Origin: Camelus dromedarius
Lineage: Eukaryota
Assembly: GCF_036321535.1 (NCBI RefSeq)
Contig: NC_087437.1
Span: forward strand, 102,984,001 to 103,048,000
Direction of reading: 5' to 3'
DNA length: 64,000 nt
Position numbers and translations under genes: made by a program. Each line of letters starts with the position of its first letter. Within the stretch, counting starts at the first letter, position 1. Below the pieces are notes generated by a model. It saw only the letters and a program-made list of their open reading frames with translations, did no database searches and was not told the origin of the DNA. Below, one piece after another: positions 1 through 14,307 of the stretch.

Positions 1-1077
1 TATAGCAAAGTGGTGGGAATAGAAGATGCTGAGAAACCTGGGCAGAGCATAGACTCTGGGGAATTTCCCAGTGTTGCTTGAGGAGTCAGCTGAAGTTGGA
101 AGTGCTGGCTGATTTTCACTTCTAAATTCAAGAGCTCATGTCACTTTCATATATTTAGATATAGACATAGAAAATCAACAGTTGCTCCTTCTGTCATAAA
201 ATAGTAGAGATGTTGTGATAGATCAAACTTGAACATGCAATTCATTGCTTTCTCTTATATCCAATCAAGTAGATGTTGTCTTGAGAAATATTATTAGGAA
301 AACAGGCCAACTTGATAAGATGTTATCAGTTGCCAAACATTGCCATTTTTGTACTTACTATCCTTAAACTAGGTCATAAATTAGAAACATAAAATTTTTA
401 AATGTGACATTTATTTACAAATTGTAATAATCCTAAACTGTTACATCATTTGATGGTCGTACCTTAAAGCTTTCATCACCTAAGCTCAAAAACTGAGGAT
501 TAATTTTTTTAACACTTTTTCAAATAGTGAGACACTTAAGAATACCAGGCCATGACTGATTTACTGTAAAAATCCTTCATGAAATATGACATCTTAAAAA
601 TTCAAGGAGAATAAGAGAACAAGAGAAAGAAGACTGCCTTCTCTTTCCAGAGTTATGTCAAAAGTACCATGAATGGGGGGTTTTGATTTGTGGGGGCAAG
701 TTTGCCTGTATTAATCAACAAGCAGGATCTCTTTGTTGGCTGGAAACAGAGTGAAGCATTTTGTCTTGAAAAAGGGTACCCAGAGAGAGAGTACAGGACA
801 GGTCAGCTGGACAGCTGCCCAGGGCTGTCATCTATAGGGACTGTCAGAATGTCTTTGAAAGGCAATGAGGTGGAGAAGATCTTATTTACCAGAATCGTCC
901 TAGAGGGAGAATGTTTTATAGTTGAACGGGATCCTTTGATAAGTCACTAGTGGTGGTGAGATAAGTGAGAGTAGAGGGAGAGTGAGGAGGGTGGGGAAAG
1001 GGGAGAAAACAGCACACTGTACACTAAGGGGCCTTCTCCATAGGAGAGGTACAAGGCTTCTTTATTACTCTCCCCAA

Positions 1078-1118
1078 ACACACACACACACATGCACACG
1101 CACACGCACACACACACA
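1078..1118. repeat. (CA)n/(CACACG)n microsatellite
   Basis: Seen directly. Confidence 0.9.
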
Positions 1119-1984
1119 GTGGGTTAGGAATATCAGAAATTGCTACCAGAAGCTCTTTGCAATCATTCCTTTGTAAATCACTAAATAAATTTTAATAACC
1201 TGAAACTTTACACTAAGTAAACTTAAAAATTAAATACTGTTTTTAAATGATACCTTTTGGGGGGTTAATCTCCAAGGTCAGCATCATCTTTTCCCCAAAT
1301 ACAGATTTAGCAGCTGATGGGCAATTTCATCCAAAATGCATGAAAACGTCTTGCTTAACAATAGCACATCAGATTTCTTGAAAAGCATTTTTACTATTAG
1401 AACTTATTTACTGTTAAATGCAGCAGGAATTGTGATGAATCATTTAAGAACAAGCTTCATTTAATCCATACGGTAACCGAAGGTGACTCACATATGCTAA
1501 GAGTCAGGATTTGAGTCCAATTCAGATTTGTCTGCCTCTAGAGTCCTTGGCATGTACAGTGTGTGTCAGGAAATAGATTTCATTTAGGTACCATAACCCT
1601 ATTACATTCTTTACCACCTAGCGTATTAGGAAGGATTATTTGTTTTGTTTTGTTTCGAGCAGCAGAAACTAACTAGGTAAAAAGGGGAAATATACTGAAA
1701 TATCTCCTAGATACATTGTCCATGTTTCAGAAAGGGCAGTGACACATTTACAGAAAGAGGATCTGGGTCCAAGACTGAAATGCTGTGAATGTCCTCTCTG
1801 CTGCAGTCACTGCTCCTTGCCCTATGTTCTTTTCAGTGTATTCTCTCTCTGAAAATGGACTTCCTTGGCTGCATGGTCCACATGGTAGAGATACAACCTG
1901 AACGATGCTTGTCTAGCTAGATTATAAGACCCTGAGGATAGGGCCTGTTAAGGCCTCTTCACCTCTTAGTCTTTATTCCTTACA

Positions 1985-2850
1985 CCAGATACTGGTGAAG
2001 ATTCAGGAAAACTGGAACAATTTGTACATTGCTGATGGGAACTTAAAATGATACAACCACTCTCAAAATTAGTTTTATAGTTCCTTATAAAACTAAACAT
2101 GCAGTTACCAATATGACCCAACAATTGCATTTGTGGGTGTGTATTCCAGAGAAATGAAAACTTACATGCATAAAAAACATGTACACACATGTCCCTAGCA
2201 GCTTTATTTGTAATTGCCAAAAACTGGGGTCAGCTCAGCTACCTTTCAACATTTGAAGGGTTAAATAAATAAATATGGCCACAGAATACTACTCAGTCAT
2301 AAACAAGAATGACTAAATGTGTAACAGGTTGGATGCATTTTAGGGAATTTGCAGAATGAAAAAAGCCAAGCCAAAAAAGTTGTATGCTAAAGAGCTCCAT
2401 TTATCTAAAAATTTTGAAGTGGCAAAGTTTAGAAATGGAGAACAGACTATTGGTTGCCAGGGTAGGGATGTATTGAGGCGCAGGTGAGAGGAAAGTGTGT
2501 GTGAATATTAAAGGCAAGAGAACAGATTATGGTGGTGTTGGAAGCACTCAGCGTTGTTATCATGGCTGTGGTGGTGGGTTTGTACAGTTATCCAGGTGAT
2601 AAAATTGTAGAGAGCTTAATAAATACACATGCATACACACAGAAATGAATACCAGCTAAACTGAGAAAATCTCAATAAGACAGGTAGATTACATCAATGA
2701 CAGTATCCTGGTTGGAATATCACATTATAGTTTTTTAAAAATTGTATCATTGGGGAAAATTAGGCAATGTGTACATGGAATATCTCTGTATTCCTTCTTC
2801 CTGCTTTGTGTGAATGTTTAATGATCTCAATTAAAATCTTAACCTAAAAA
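1985..2850 (+). mobile_element. Old LINE-1 3' fragment (L1MC/L1MD-like)
   Basis: ORF2 C-terminal and 3'UTR hallmarks: tacattgctgatggga, atatgacccaacaattgca, gcagctttatttgtaattgccaaaaactgg, atcctggtt...cattggggaaaa. Confidence 0.8.
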
Positions 2851-5800
2851 TATAGATAACTAAATAAATAATCCCATGAATTAACAGATAAATCAGTTAT
2901 AATTTCTGACTGAATGTGAATCTATAATTACTTATGTCTTGCCTTCTTTTTGACTTGGTTATTCATGACTTTTGGAATTCCTAGATACTTTTATGACAGA
3001 TACAGCAAATAGAAAGGCAAGCATTCTTCTAATGTCAATGGCATGGATTTAGTATATCAAACATAACTTCATTACTAAGTTGAAGTTGCCAATTCCTGAC
3101 AAAACGTTAAGCTAGCTTTTTAACTACTTTAAAGCTAAATGCACAGTTTTTGGTAAATGCTTCCCAGTCTTCAACTGATTAATAAATAATATTTTAATAC
3201 TGTTACCTCTTTAAAATGTAATATGATCTCTTATAAAATATACTAGGGAGCCATATTGTTCAAACTTTGAGTATCATTTGCTTTATCAAGAAAATTTTAA
3301 GTTAAAAGCACTGAAGCAATGCTATTAGAATCATGTTGAGATGCTGTTCACATTGTGGTATATTTATACCTTTTACCTAAGAAGAGGCTTGTTCTGTCCA
3401 AGGTTCTCCATAGGCTCATCCCAATTTGAAAAACATCCAGTAAAGCTTCAGATTTCATATGAGAATGGCTGCCCATGATGTTAAAATGTCACATCAATGT
3501 ACCTATGTAACACAAACTGACAACGTGCTCTCCAAGTGCAAGGAAAGAGTACACATCCTGCTCTTTGATATCTTTTATTTAAAAAGCTACCTAATGTAAA
3601 CATAGAAACAATATTAAGGGTGAATGCTTTGAAGGACATTTCAGATATTCTGCAAATGAACTTCTTGATCAATTCAGATCAACAGAACTGAGTAACTGAA
3701 AATTGCAGTTTGACAGCTGCCACTAGATACACATATGGCCCTGAAATCTTTTATGATTCATTTTTGAAGACAGTGTCTGAAAAATCAATTTCTACTTTAA
3801 GTTCAACCTTCTAAGATATACCAAAACTAAATTCTAAGCATTTGTTTTATTTTCCTTGCTTCTGTGAATGAGTTTTACTTACACTAAAGATGTGTAGGAC
3901 GTGAAGATCATGGTGCTATGTGGGTGGGTTTTTTTGTGTGTGCTTTCCACTAATTTTTATGTACCTTTCAAATTTTTGAGAATTACAGTCTTTCCAAGTA
4001 AAGCATTTCATGAAAAAATGTTTGTGGGGTCCAGATTGTTGAAATAAGCATGGTAATTACCCATACTTTGCATTTTTTAGTAATGTCAGTATTTCTAAAT
4101 ATCCAGCTCCAATTTTCTTTCCTTGATATGTCATTTCTGTGAAGCACTTATTAAATTATGCATTGCTTAGTGAAATGTTAATTTGAGTAAAGTTAATTTG
4201 AGTAAAGTCACATATTTAATATGGGTCCCAGGAGGATAAGTTATTTAGCTACCATGCCTTAAGATTTAAGTTTCTTTTCCCCAAGCCAAATGATTGTCTT
4301 TGACTAATTTCCTGGGGAGTATTATTTCTTGAGAAAATACCGCATGTGCTATTGGCACAAAGCACTCTGGAGAAGGAGAAATACTTCCAGTCAGGTTTTA
4401 GACCTTGAAGTATATTTGGGTATGTGCATGAAAGGGAATGAACAAAATCACGATGGTCTCAAATAAAGCACACAAATATGTGAAGAGAAGGAAAAATGAA
4501 ATTGAAATTGGCTATTGGAGGGACTTAAATGCTGATATAACTAATTTTATTTTGAAGTAGCACTAAAAGAAACTCTTGGCGAGAGGAATGATGTAATTCT
4601 GGAAACATGCTGATTTCAGAAGTCTTTTGAATACATTTAAGCATAAGAAACATTGAAAGTGAAAAGCTAGTACTAAAGTTTTACTGATCATTATATTTGT
4701 GATGGTCAAAGCCTTAAGAAAAATCTGTGATGATGGAAAGATGGTGGATTGGTACAGTATAGGATAGAACCAACCTCAGAAGTTAAGGATCTACTGAGGG
4801 AAACTTCATGAATCTAGTGCAGTTATATGCTTAATATTCTCTATATGTGTATGTGTTCATTTTTTTTTTGCAAAGACCAATGCGTGCTTTGTCAAGAACT
4901 TCCAGGATAAAATGATTTTAGCAATGACAAATGGAACAGAGCCATAGAGATGTGCTCACGTTAAAGCAACAGCATTGGAAGGAGGTGTTTGAAGAACACA
5001 AGTGAGGATTTCTTTCTAATGTAGACAGTTCATTAAACAAAGTGTTTCTTAAATATTTCTCTAAGAAATAAATGAAAGAGAATTCATATTTGTTCAAGCT
5101 CTTAAAAAGGATATTGTGTGTATATATATATATACGCACATATATTTTATATATCTGTACATATATGTATATATATATTTTTAAAATTTTGTTTTCTCAG
5201 CTTTTTGGTAAGGATTCTTCCCATGGTGGCTTGGGCGGGGCGGTGGAAAGAAGGTCAGCCTGATAACACAATCTCTGATCTCTTTTTCCCACCTCTTTTC
5301 ATTTGGTTGGAAAGAAATTAAAATACTTTGGCAAGAAGAGGGCTAAAATTCAAACTAAGCGGAGGTCAAAGGCTAATACAATAATTATCTTGATAACAGA
5401 CACTGTCCATATCCCAGGCCTCTGGGTCTCAGGCCTGCTATACCCAAGACGGACTTTCAGTTTTAACAGATAGTCTAGAAATATTCAGTGGATTTTGACT
5501 GCGTGTCAGGTATTGTGCCAGGCATCAGGAAAATATCAGGTAGTACAAAAGCCAGATGCTTAATTATCAGGCAGTAGGAGTTTACAACACCTGGAAAAGA
5601 AAAGGAAAAAAAAAAAAAAACAAATAAACAGAGTGTGGGGTAGTGGGTGAATACAAAATCAGAGCATATGTAAGATATTGCTGAGTTTTGAGGGGTCATA
5701 ATTTATCACCATTTTTCTTCCCCTGTGAGTTACAAACCCACTGAAAATAAACAGGGAGTTGGGCAGATGGAGAAAAAAAAGTCAACTTTATTACTGCTAA

Positions 5801-6610
5801 AACTGGTTTAGAGGACATGACCTATGTATGTGACCACAATCTGGCTCCCTAATACTTGTTATCTGAGATGACCTTGTCCTTCTGTCAGGAAATTTTCTTT
5901 AGAAAAACCTAGATAACACAGGCCAGGGCTACAGGAGCCAGATTAGAAAAGAGAAATCTGAGGGTGTTCAGCAAGCGTCTACTGGTGGGAGAAGTAATTC
6001 GAAAACCTTGGTTGAACTTTGACCCACAAATCCAAGGCAAATGATAACCTTTACAGGCAGAAATTCTCCCAAGAAATAAAACTGTTATTTTAAAGTTAAA
6101 AGGACTACCAGTGTGACAGGTGAGGGTGTAGTGGGTGTCCACTGCACAGGAGAAAGTCGAGGGTGCCCAGCAGTTTTATTCTGGGTGGAAACAGTAACGT
6201 CTGCTATGAGGGGGTGTGAATACAGCCAGGCAAGAGTTAAAGGAGTGGAGAAGAATATATCTGACATCCAGTGACAATAAAAATAATGTAGCATGCCACC
6301 AGGATGTTGGTGGCCCAGTCTAAACATTTGGGGAAAATCAGTGCTGAGGTAAATTATGTACAGTGGTCTGAGTCTGTGCACAAAACCTAGAGCACGAAGT
6401 CTGAACACAGGAATGTGGAAAGCAATCATCTGGCCTTGGAGCATTGAAATAAAAATTCCCAACGAAGTATCCGCTACTGATAAAAAAAAAAAATCAGTAT
6501 TTAGGTGTACATTTTTATTTCTCTGATTTATTTTATCATGTCTCTCTTGCAAAAGTAAGTTTGTGAGGCCCTGTAAAAATGAAAATAGAATCTTAAATAT
6601 AGTCCCTGCA

Positions 6611-7237
6611 TGTGGTAGGAAGAATACTAAAAATGATCCCCCAAAATTCTCGTCTTGTGGTTATTCAATCAAACATGAGTCTACATACTGCTAGGAAGGG
6701 GTTTTGCAGATGGAATTAAGAATACTTATCAAGTGACCTTAAATAGGAGGATTATCCTGGATCCAGTGTAATCACACCCACCTCAAAAGCAGCAGAGGAA
6801 GACAGATGTGTCAATCAGAAGATGGAGCCAGAAAGAGAGGCAGACAAGAGATACGGCAAAGGGGGAGAGGTCACAGATTCAAGCACGAGGAGATTCAACC
6901 TCATTTGCTGGCACGAAAGATGGAAGAAAGGAACCACAGCCAATGAATGCAGGCAAGCCTCCAGAAGATGACAGCAACCCCTTTATTTCTAAAAGCCAGA
7001 ATAAAATGGAAAAACTGGTCCTACAACCAGTTAAACTGAATTCTGTAAACAACTTTAGAACCTCCTGAAAGTAGCACAGCCCTACTAGCATCTTGACTTT
7101 GGACTCACACAGGAAACCAGCTCTCCCATGTTTTGCTAATACTTCTGAAGCACAGAAACTGAGAGATAATAGATGGGTGCTAGTTAAGCCACTAAGTTTG
7201 TGGCCATTAGTTACAGCAGCAATGGAAACCTAATACA
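6611..7237 (+). mobile_element. MaLR solo LTR (MLT1E-like)
   Basis: TGTGGTAGG start, gcagatggaattaag, gattatcctgg...taatcac, ctacaacc...ctgaattctg; ends gttacagcagcaatggaaacctaataca. Confidence 0.8.
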
Positions 7238-8396
7238 TTGCTCAAATGCAATTAGAACATTCTCTTAGGTGGGACCTATGTGTGCTTGTAAGCATAACAA
7301 GTATGCTGAACCAAGAGGCGAAATTGGAATAATAATAATAAATTGAAATGGTATTAATTAATAAGAGAATTAGGTCTTTAGAGGTTTGTAACCAAGTATA
7401 CTTTCAGAAAGCCCTTTTGGGGTTCCACTTCATTGCTGTTTAGACTTCAAATTGTGGATTTGCACCTTTGAAGGACTTCAGATTGTGGATTTTCACTTTT
7501 GAAGGATTTCAGATGTATGGAGATCATCCAAATACATGGCCTAAGCCTAGTCTTCAGGGAGGGCTGGCTCAGCTGTGTTGCCTTACTTCCTGTATCATTT
7601 AATTTGCATTTAAAAGAAGGGCACAAAGCAATCCTAATAGTAACTAAAATATCTAGCATAGTTTTGAAAGTACAGATGATTCCAGAAGTTCAACAAGGGA
7701 AAAGTTGAAAAACAGTAATAAGCATAGGAATCATGTTGTGTTGTTTCTGTGAACCCAGTTGTAAGCTGCTTGCCTTTCCCAGACATACACCAGCATGCCA
7801 GAATTCCAGATTATAGACCAAATTTGGAAGCATTAGACTCATTGATATGTAAAGAAAATAAGACAAGATCTTTAGAAGAAACCATTGTTTTTGATACCAC
7901 GTGCCATCAACTTGTAAAGAATGGGGTGGGGGGGGGGCAGATCTTTGAAGATTCTGTTACAAACTACCAGTTATAGCTGGGCCACTGAGTCCCAAAGATT
8001 ATAAGTGGTTTGCCCATGATCAGTATCATGAGGGTTTCCTTTTTGATATTTTTTGCCACTGTAATATTCACCAAATTGGTCTACATGACATCTTAAAAAA
8101 AGAGAATAACAACATTTATGTGGGTGGCTCACAAGGAAAAATATGCCTGTGTGCAAACAGCAGTTGTGATTGAAGTGAGAATTTTCACATAGTAGCTTCT
8201 AAATGGAATGCCCATTAGCAAATATGTGAAGATTTTAAATCTATAACTTGCTTCTGCTGGAAATCAAGAGAAACAGCTCCTTGAGAGGACACAAGATCTT
8301 CCACTTTTTCTTTTCTCCTAAGCGGTAGCAGATGACAGCTCTTTGATTGGGCAACATAGTTTGCTAAACTAAAGAGTGAATGGTGATGCTGAAGGT

Positions 8397-8837
8397 TGTG
8401 TTGGAGAGAATCATGGCCCCTCATAGATGTCTTTGTCCCTGGAACCTGTGAATATGTTATGTTCTATGGAAAAGGGAAAATAAAAGTTGCTGATGGAATT
8501 AAGGTTGCTAACCAGCTGACTCTAAAACAGAAAAATCACCTTGAATGATAATTGGGAATGCCTAACATAATCACTGGGATCCTGAAGATAGAGGGAGATG
8601 TGACCACAGAAGAAAGACATGGAGAGATGCATTTTTGCTGGCCTTGAAGATGGGGGAAAGGAAAGGAAATGACTTCTCCCCTAGAACCTTCAGAAAGCAA
8701 CACAGTCTTGATGACACCTTAATTTCAGCCCAGTAATACTTGCGTCAGAATTCTGACTTACAGCCGGTAAATTTATCTTGTTTAAAACCACCAAGTCTGT
8801 GATAATTTCTTACAGCAGCAAACAGAAAACTAATATA
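8397..8837 (+). mobile_element. MaLR solo LTR (MLT1D/C-like)
   Basis: ccctggaacctgtgaatatgtt, gatggaattaaggttgctaaccagctgac, ttctcccctagaacct; ends cagcagca...gaaaactaatata. Confidence 0.82.
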
Positions 8838-9029
8838 AAAGTGAAGAGTCTCATGTTATTAATTTGGTTTTACTCAATTTAAAACACTTATTTGCTCTAG
8901 TCCCTCCAAACTACTTTTTTTCCTATCATATCAGTTCACCCTTTTGTTGATTCTACTTTACTCGCCAAATCTGTTTCCCTTCAATGATCCTTCAAAAGAA
9001 TTCCTCTGTGCATCTCGAAATACAGTATG

Positions 9030-9165
9030 CACAGGGGTTGCCATCTCATTGTGTTGAAATATAGGTTCTGAAGCACATAGTCTGGGGTGAAGCCTTGATT
9101 CTGCATTTCTAACAAGTTCCTGGTTCGCAGAACATACTTTGCTACTGAGACAATGAGTTTGCCAC
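9030..9165. mobile_element. MER5-like hAT DNA transposon remnant
   Basis: gtctggggtgaagcc...tctgcatttctaacaagttcc motif. Confidence 0.55.
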
Positions 9166-9254
9166 AAGTGGGCTACCTCCAACTTGTGAGTTGACTCTTA
9201 CACAATTGTCTTTCTGTATTTTGTAAAGGACCAGTTAAAATATGTGTGTGATAT

Positions 9255-9284
9255 ATGTGTGTGTGTATGTGTGTGTGTGTGTGT
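9255..9284. repeat. (TG)n microsatellite
   Basis: Seen directly. Confidence 0.9.
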
Positions 9285-9771
9285 ATTTTTTTATTTGAAG
9301 CAGAGGCTCATAATTTGGAAATTTCTTGTGTAAGCTAGAAACTCTAACTTCCATGTTGAGGAAAGAAATACAAGTAACATTGTCAGGTTTATGGTGCTCA
9401 TGAGAATCTCCAAAGCATTGCGCTACAAAGTACCCACAGTACTAGGGGGAGAAAAAAAGTTTGGGTATTTTCTGAATTGTTTATAAAACAAACCTTTTGA
9501 TAATTAGTGATTGATCTTTAGAGCGATGTACTGGAACATGAAATTTCTCTTGCATTGTTCCTTTTTAATTGATGTGCTCTCCAAAATTCAGTACAGATTA
9601 CAAAAATCGACTGAATGTGCCTGCTATTATGACTAAGTGCAAAGATCATCACTTCCCTTTGAAAGTCAGCATTCATCTTCACACATAGTCATTATCTCCA
9701 AGGAGAGCTAAACTTAGATGATGGTGAAACAAACAGTAACTTCCCAGTAATTCCAAGAGACGATCTAAATA

Positions 9772-9953
9772 GACCAGTGGGCATCGTATCATGGTTTCGA
9801 ATCACCAAAGGACCTTTTAAAAACCAGTATTTAAGCCTCCTCCCAGACCAACTAAAGTGCAATCTTTAGTGGTAGGCTTAAAGCACTAGTATTTTTTTAT
9901 TTATTTCTCCAGGTGATCCTGGCAGTCTGTCATGTCGAGGTTGAGGTTCATTG
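9772..9953. mobile_element. MER5-like hAT DNA transposon remnant
   Basis: gaatcacc...cccagaccaactaaa...ctccaggtgat...ggttgagg motifs. Confidence 0.55.
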
Positions 9954-10283
9954 CACCGCACTGTCCAGTACAGTAACCACCAAGCCACTTGTGACTGTGA
10001 GCACTTGTATGTGTAGTTTGAATTGAGATGTTCCGTAAATGCAAAAACACACCAAGTTTCAAAGGCTTAATGTGAATACGAAAGTAAAGTATCTTTTTAG
10101 TAATTTTATACCCATTGCGTGTTGAAATGATAGTAACTTGGATATATTGGGTCAAATAAAATACGTTGTTAAATTAATATATTCTGTTTTTTTTTTACTT
10201 TTATTAAATTTGCTACTAGAAATTTTAAAATTATTTATGTGGCTCACACTTGTGATTTGCCTAATATTTATATTCAATGCTAG
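9954..10283. mobile_element. MER33/MER3-like hAT-Charlie element
   Basis: gcactgtccagtacagtaaccac...gagcacttg...gaattgagatgt...ggatatattgggtcaaataaaata...ctactagaaattttaaaattat...gtggctcac. Confidence 0.75.
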
Positions 10284-11239
10284 TCTAGAAAGTCATATAC
10301 TCTAACTTCTTAACTCACAGAGCACTTCTCTCTTCTGCTGTTACTTCACTTTTCCTTTTAATGCATTTCAAATTGCTAGATGCTCAAGCCATCCTCCTGC
10401 TACTTTAGCAGACGTTGGGTAAAGCAAGTCAGCTGTGACAAACATCTTTTCCCTGTAGAACTTCTTTTCTTTCTTTGCCTCAAATAATATGTGAGCTCCA
10501 AAAATGATGAGATCATTATTTATTTTCTTGGTTATGGTCATTACAATTTCACTGCATATCTGAGTATGATATTCAGCAATATCCTACAGAGAAATTTTTT
10601 CAGGAGAAAACCTCACTCTAAATATAACAATTGGAGAATTATTGACTATTAAGCACTGGTGAAATAAAGTTGGAAAGATAGGACCTCCTTTATTTGGAAA
10701 ATGATTATTGCTTCATGTCCTCAGGAGGAATACGGTGATCTGGGATTATGTATAGAGTAACTACATGTGCTCTGACCAGTTTTCTCTTTATCTGACTTTC
10801 CCTTTCTTCTTTATTCTTAGCCTTGTTCATATTTGTAGAGGACTAGAAGAATATAAACCTTTCAAGACTGTATTTTATCAGGTGAACTGAACAAATTGTG
10901 TTATTCTTCCTTTTACTGAAAGGGATCTTCTCCTCAATCAGCCCCCTTTCACTTTATGAGAAAATCCAGGGAAAACAGTATATATGCTTTAATTCGCTTT
11001 TTCACTCTTTTCTGCACTCTTTCTTTTGGAATATGATGCTTTGTTGATCCATGTGAAGCCTGGCAGTTGGTCTCTGTATTGTTCACTACTTCTACGCTTC
11101 TCTGTTAGAAAAGTATTTTTCAACTGATACATGAAATGTTGGAGTTTTTAATATATACATATATATATATATATTCATACAAAGAAACAAAATAGTGAAC
11201 ATCTTAGATACAAATATATATACACACATACACACACAT

Positions 11240-11632
11240 TGTAATAAGGCATGGTTCCACAGACACAGAATCAACAAGATATATGTGTGTATGTAAATGA
11301 AAGAGATTTATTTTTAGGCATTAATGAATGTGATTATGGAGGCTACAATTCTGCAATTTGTAGAACAGGCTGTCAGGCTGGAAACTCAGGCACAATTTCT
11401 GTGTTATAGTCTTGAGACAGAATTATTTCCTTCAAGAACCTCAGTTTTCATTCTTAAACCTTCCACTGATTGGATGAGGCCCACCCACATTATGGAGGGT
11501 AATCTCCTTTGCTTAAATCAACTGATTGTAAATGTTAATTACATCTACAAAATACCTTCATAGCAATGTCTAGACTAGTGTTTGATCAAACAACTGGCAC
11601 CAAAGGCTAGCCAAATGGACATGTAAAATTAC
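11240..11632 (-). mobile_element. ERVL solo LTR (MLT2-like)
   Basis: gtgattatggaggct, ggctggaaactcagg, actgattggatgaggcccacccacattatggagggtaatct, tctagactagtgtttgatcaaacaactgg. Confidence 0.85.
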
Positions 11633-11673
<41 letters not shown>

Positions 11674-11791
11674 TACACACACATATAGTATATATATATG
11701 TGAATTACTTGATTCACTGTGAAAGATATATAATAGAGTGACTATTTTCTGAAGTGCTTAAAAAATTTACACAATAAAGATATCTAATCAT

Positions 11792-11824
<33 letters not shown>

Positions 11825-11850
11825 TACACACTAAGAGAGAGAGAAAGAGA
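11633..11850. repeat. Compound (TG)(TA)(CA) and (CA)n/(GA)n microsatellites
   Basis: Two clusters, at 11633-11700 and 11789-11850. Confidence 0.85.
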
Positions 11851-13743
11851 TATTGAGTCTTTGAAGAGCCAGAAGAATTTAAATCACAGAAATACTAACC
11901 CTACGTGGAGAATACATAATTCTATTCTCCCATTCTCTAAATCATTGAGCAAGTATGAGAATAAAATTAAACTCAATTATGATTACTTTTTACTTTTCAT
12001 AAAATAATATATACTTCATAAATTAATATTTTCATAAATTAATATATACTGTTGGAAATGAGCCCATTACAAATGTAATATTTCTACAGAATTGTTGGTA
12101 ACAATCATATACTTTTGATAGTTTACCAGTGAGGAAGTACAGAATACAGATAATACTAAAGAAGATGTCACTCTGGAATACTCTATAGGTACAGAAAAGA
12201 AATACAATCCAGGTGAGGGACAGTCTATCAGCTAGGTGGAAACCGCATAGTATGATTTCAGCTCTAAAGTCTAAAAGTTCTTGTCTCCTCATTTAAACAT
12301 CATGATTATATTATGTAGTGTTCATTGGACTTTGGAATAGCTATAATGTGTTTATTTTTGATATAGTCTTATTATAATAAATTGTCAACTAGCTCTTCAT
12401 ACATTTGGTCTCCTATTTAATATATTGAGTATATTTGATTTTCAACTTTGTATTGTTCCCCTGTTATATTTTGGTGCTTCTATTCATTTTGGCTTATTTC
12501 TTTAGCATCACTCATATTTTTAACCCTTTGACTTTACTGAAGTTTGATTTTGTAGTGGTGAATAAGTTAATGCATAGATTTGAATAGTTATATAACTTTA
12601 TCCACTAACATTAAATTTCTTCATATCCTATTAGAATACATCATAAAATCTTTTTCATTAATATTAATTGCACAAAATCTAATTGAGTGAATACAGTGGA
12701 AGGAAAATATAATGAGCTAATTGGTATGCAAATCATTAGTAAAACTGAAGCTGAAAGATTTTTAAATGGAATAGCTTTAAAGAATGTTTTAGCAAAACTT
12801 CATATTTTGCACTTTCAGTCAGAATCATATGTATTTTCAATATCATTAAGAAAAAATGAAAGAAATAGTGTTAGGTCTTTAAACATATGAACCCTGTTCA
12901 TATCTCTTCCTTGTTCTTTTTGACTGAGATCTATTGACATTTAGTAATAATCTCTTTTTTATTGATTAAGTTGTGATATCATTGTTACAATACTAATTAA
13001 GCAGGAAAAAAAGAGAAGAGCCTGGCAAATGTAAATTTAAGTGCTTTGTCTGATAGTCACTGACCATGACTTAATGTCTCAGACTTTAAGAAAGCTCATC
13101 TATAAAACAGGGAAAATAGCATGTTTTTCATACCATTGTGATTAAGGACAAAGACTGTATATTCATGTTCATATAATAAATATTCAATCTGTGGTGCCCG
13201 TGCTAATAGTTATAAAAATGACATGTTTGTTTTATACTATTGGTATAGCATCAACACATAAACACATACATATATACAAACGTTTCTACATACCTGGTAT
13301 TGTGTCCTTCTCTCAGATTATTATTTTTAAAAATATCTGTATAAGCTGATATATCAAATGATATATCACATAATCACCTGTGCTTAGAGCATTATATACA
13401 TTATCTCAATACACATAGCAACCTCAGTGAGGCAGGCATTATTCTCTCCATTAATGATAAAGTAGCCAATATTCAAATACACTAAGCAACTCCAGTCCCT
13501 TTTAGTAGCAGTGAGAATTCACATGCCAGGCTGTATGAAGATAAAGCCTGAATTGCAGCATCCTGCAATACTTTCTTTTTTATATGATAGCTGTTTTTCC
13601 CTCCTCAACATGACATTTGCTCCTACTATGCTACTGACATTCTCATTCAAACATTGCCAACATCTGAAAGATCACAGAATCCCAAGATTTTTTAAAATCT
13701 TATTTTATGTCATAAAGCCATTGACACCCTGGAAGCCCTTCTC

Positions 13744-14222
13744 TTTTTTTTAAATTTCTTTTTTTTTAATTTAAGTATAGTCAGCTACAAAAATGTGTTA
13801 TTTTCTGGTGTACAGCATAATGTCCCAGTCATGCATATATAAACATATATTCATTTTCATATTCTTTTTCATTAAAGCTTATTACAAGATATTGAGTATA
13901 GTTCCCTGTGCTACACAGAAGAAATTTCTTTAAATCTATTTTTATATACGGTGGTTAACATTTGCAAATCTCAAACTCCCAAACTCCTTCCTACCCCTTT
14001 GCCCGGAAACCATAAGATTGTTTACTATGTCTGCGACTCTGTTTCTTTTGTAGGTGAGTTCATTAGTGTCCTATTTTTCCCTTCTTTTCTTTCTTTTTAA
14101 TTCTACATATAAGTGGTATCATATAGTATTTTTCTTTCTCTTTCTGGCTTACTTTATGTAGAATGATAATCTCTAGGTCCATCCATGTTGCTGCAAATGG
14201 CATTATGTGACCCTTTTTTAAT
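13744..14222 (-). mobile_element. 5'-truncated LINE-1 3' end, relatively young (camelid/cetartiodactyl type)
   Basis: Poly-T followed by aagtatagtcag...ctggtgtacagcat...atagttccctgtgcta...ctctaggtccatccatgttgctgcaaatggc; possible degenerate TSD gcc(c)ttct. Confidence 0.85.
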
Positions 14223-14307
14223 TGCCTTCTGCTTTTTAAACATTCTGCTATCCTACATCCCTTTGGCTCTCCAACTCTCTCATTGGCAATCCCATCAATT
14301 TATATTA

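Noticed and set aside
804..817. Paired CAGCTG E-boxes (also a tandem GC box at 5233-5243)
   Set aside because: Short motifs are expected by chance, and there is no supporting context.
4177..4208. 15-bp tandem duplication gttaatttgagtaaa (a similar one lies near 60447-60483)
   Set aside because: Ordinary slippage duplications; two copies with no spacers, not an array.
6085..6552. 155-aa ORF
   Set aside because: Non-ATG start, no recognisable homology, no splice context.
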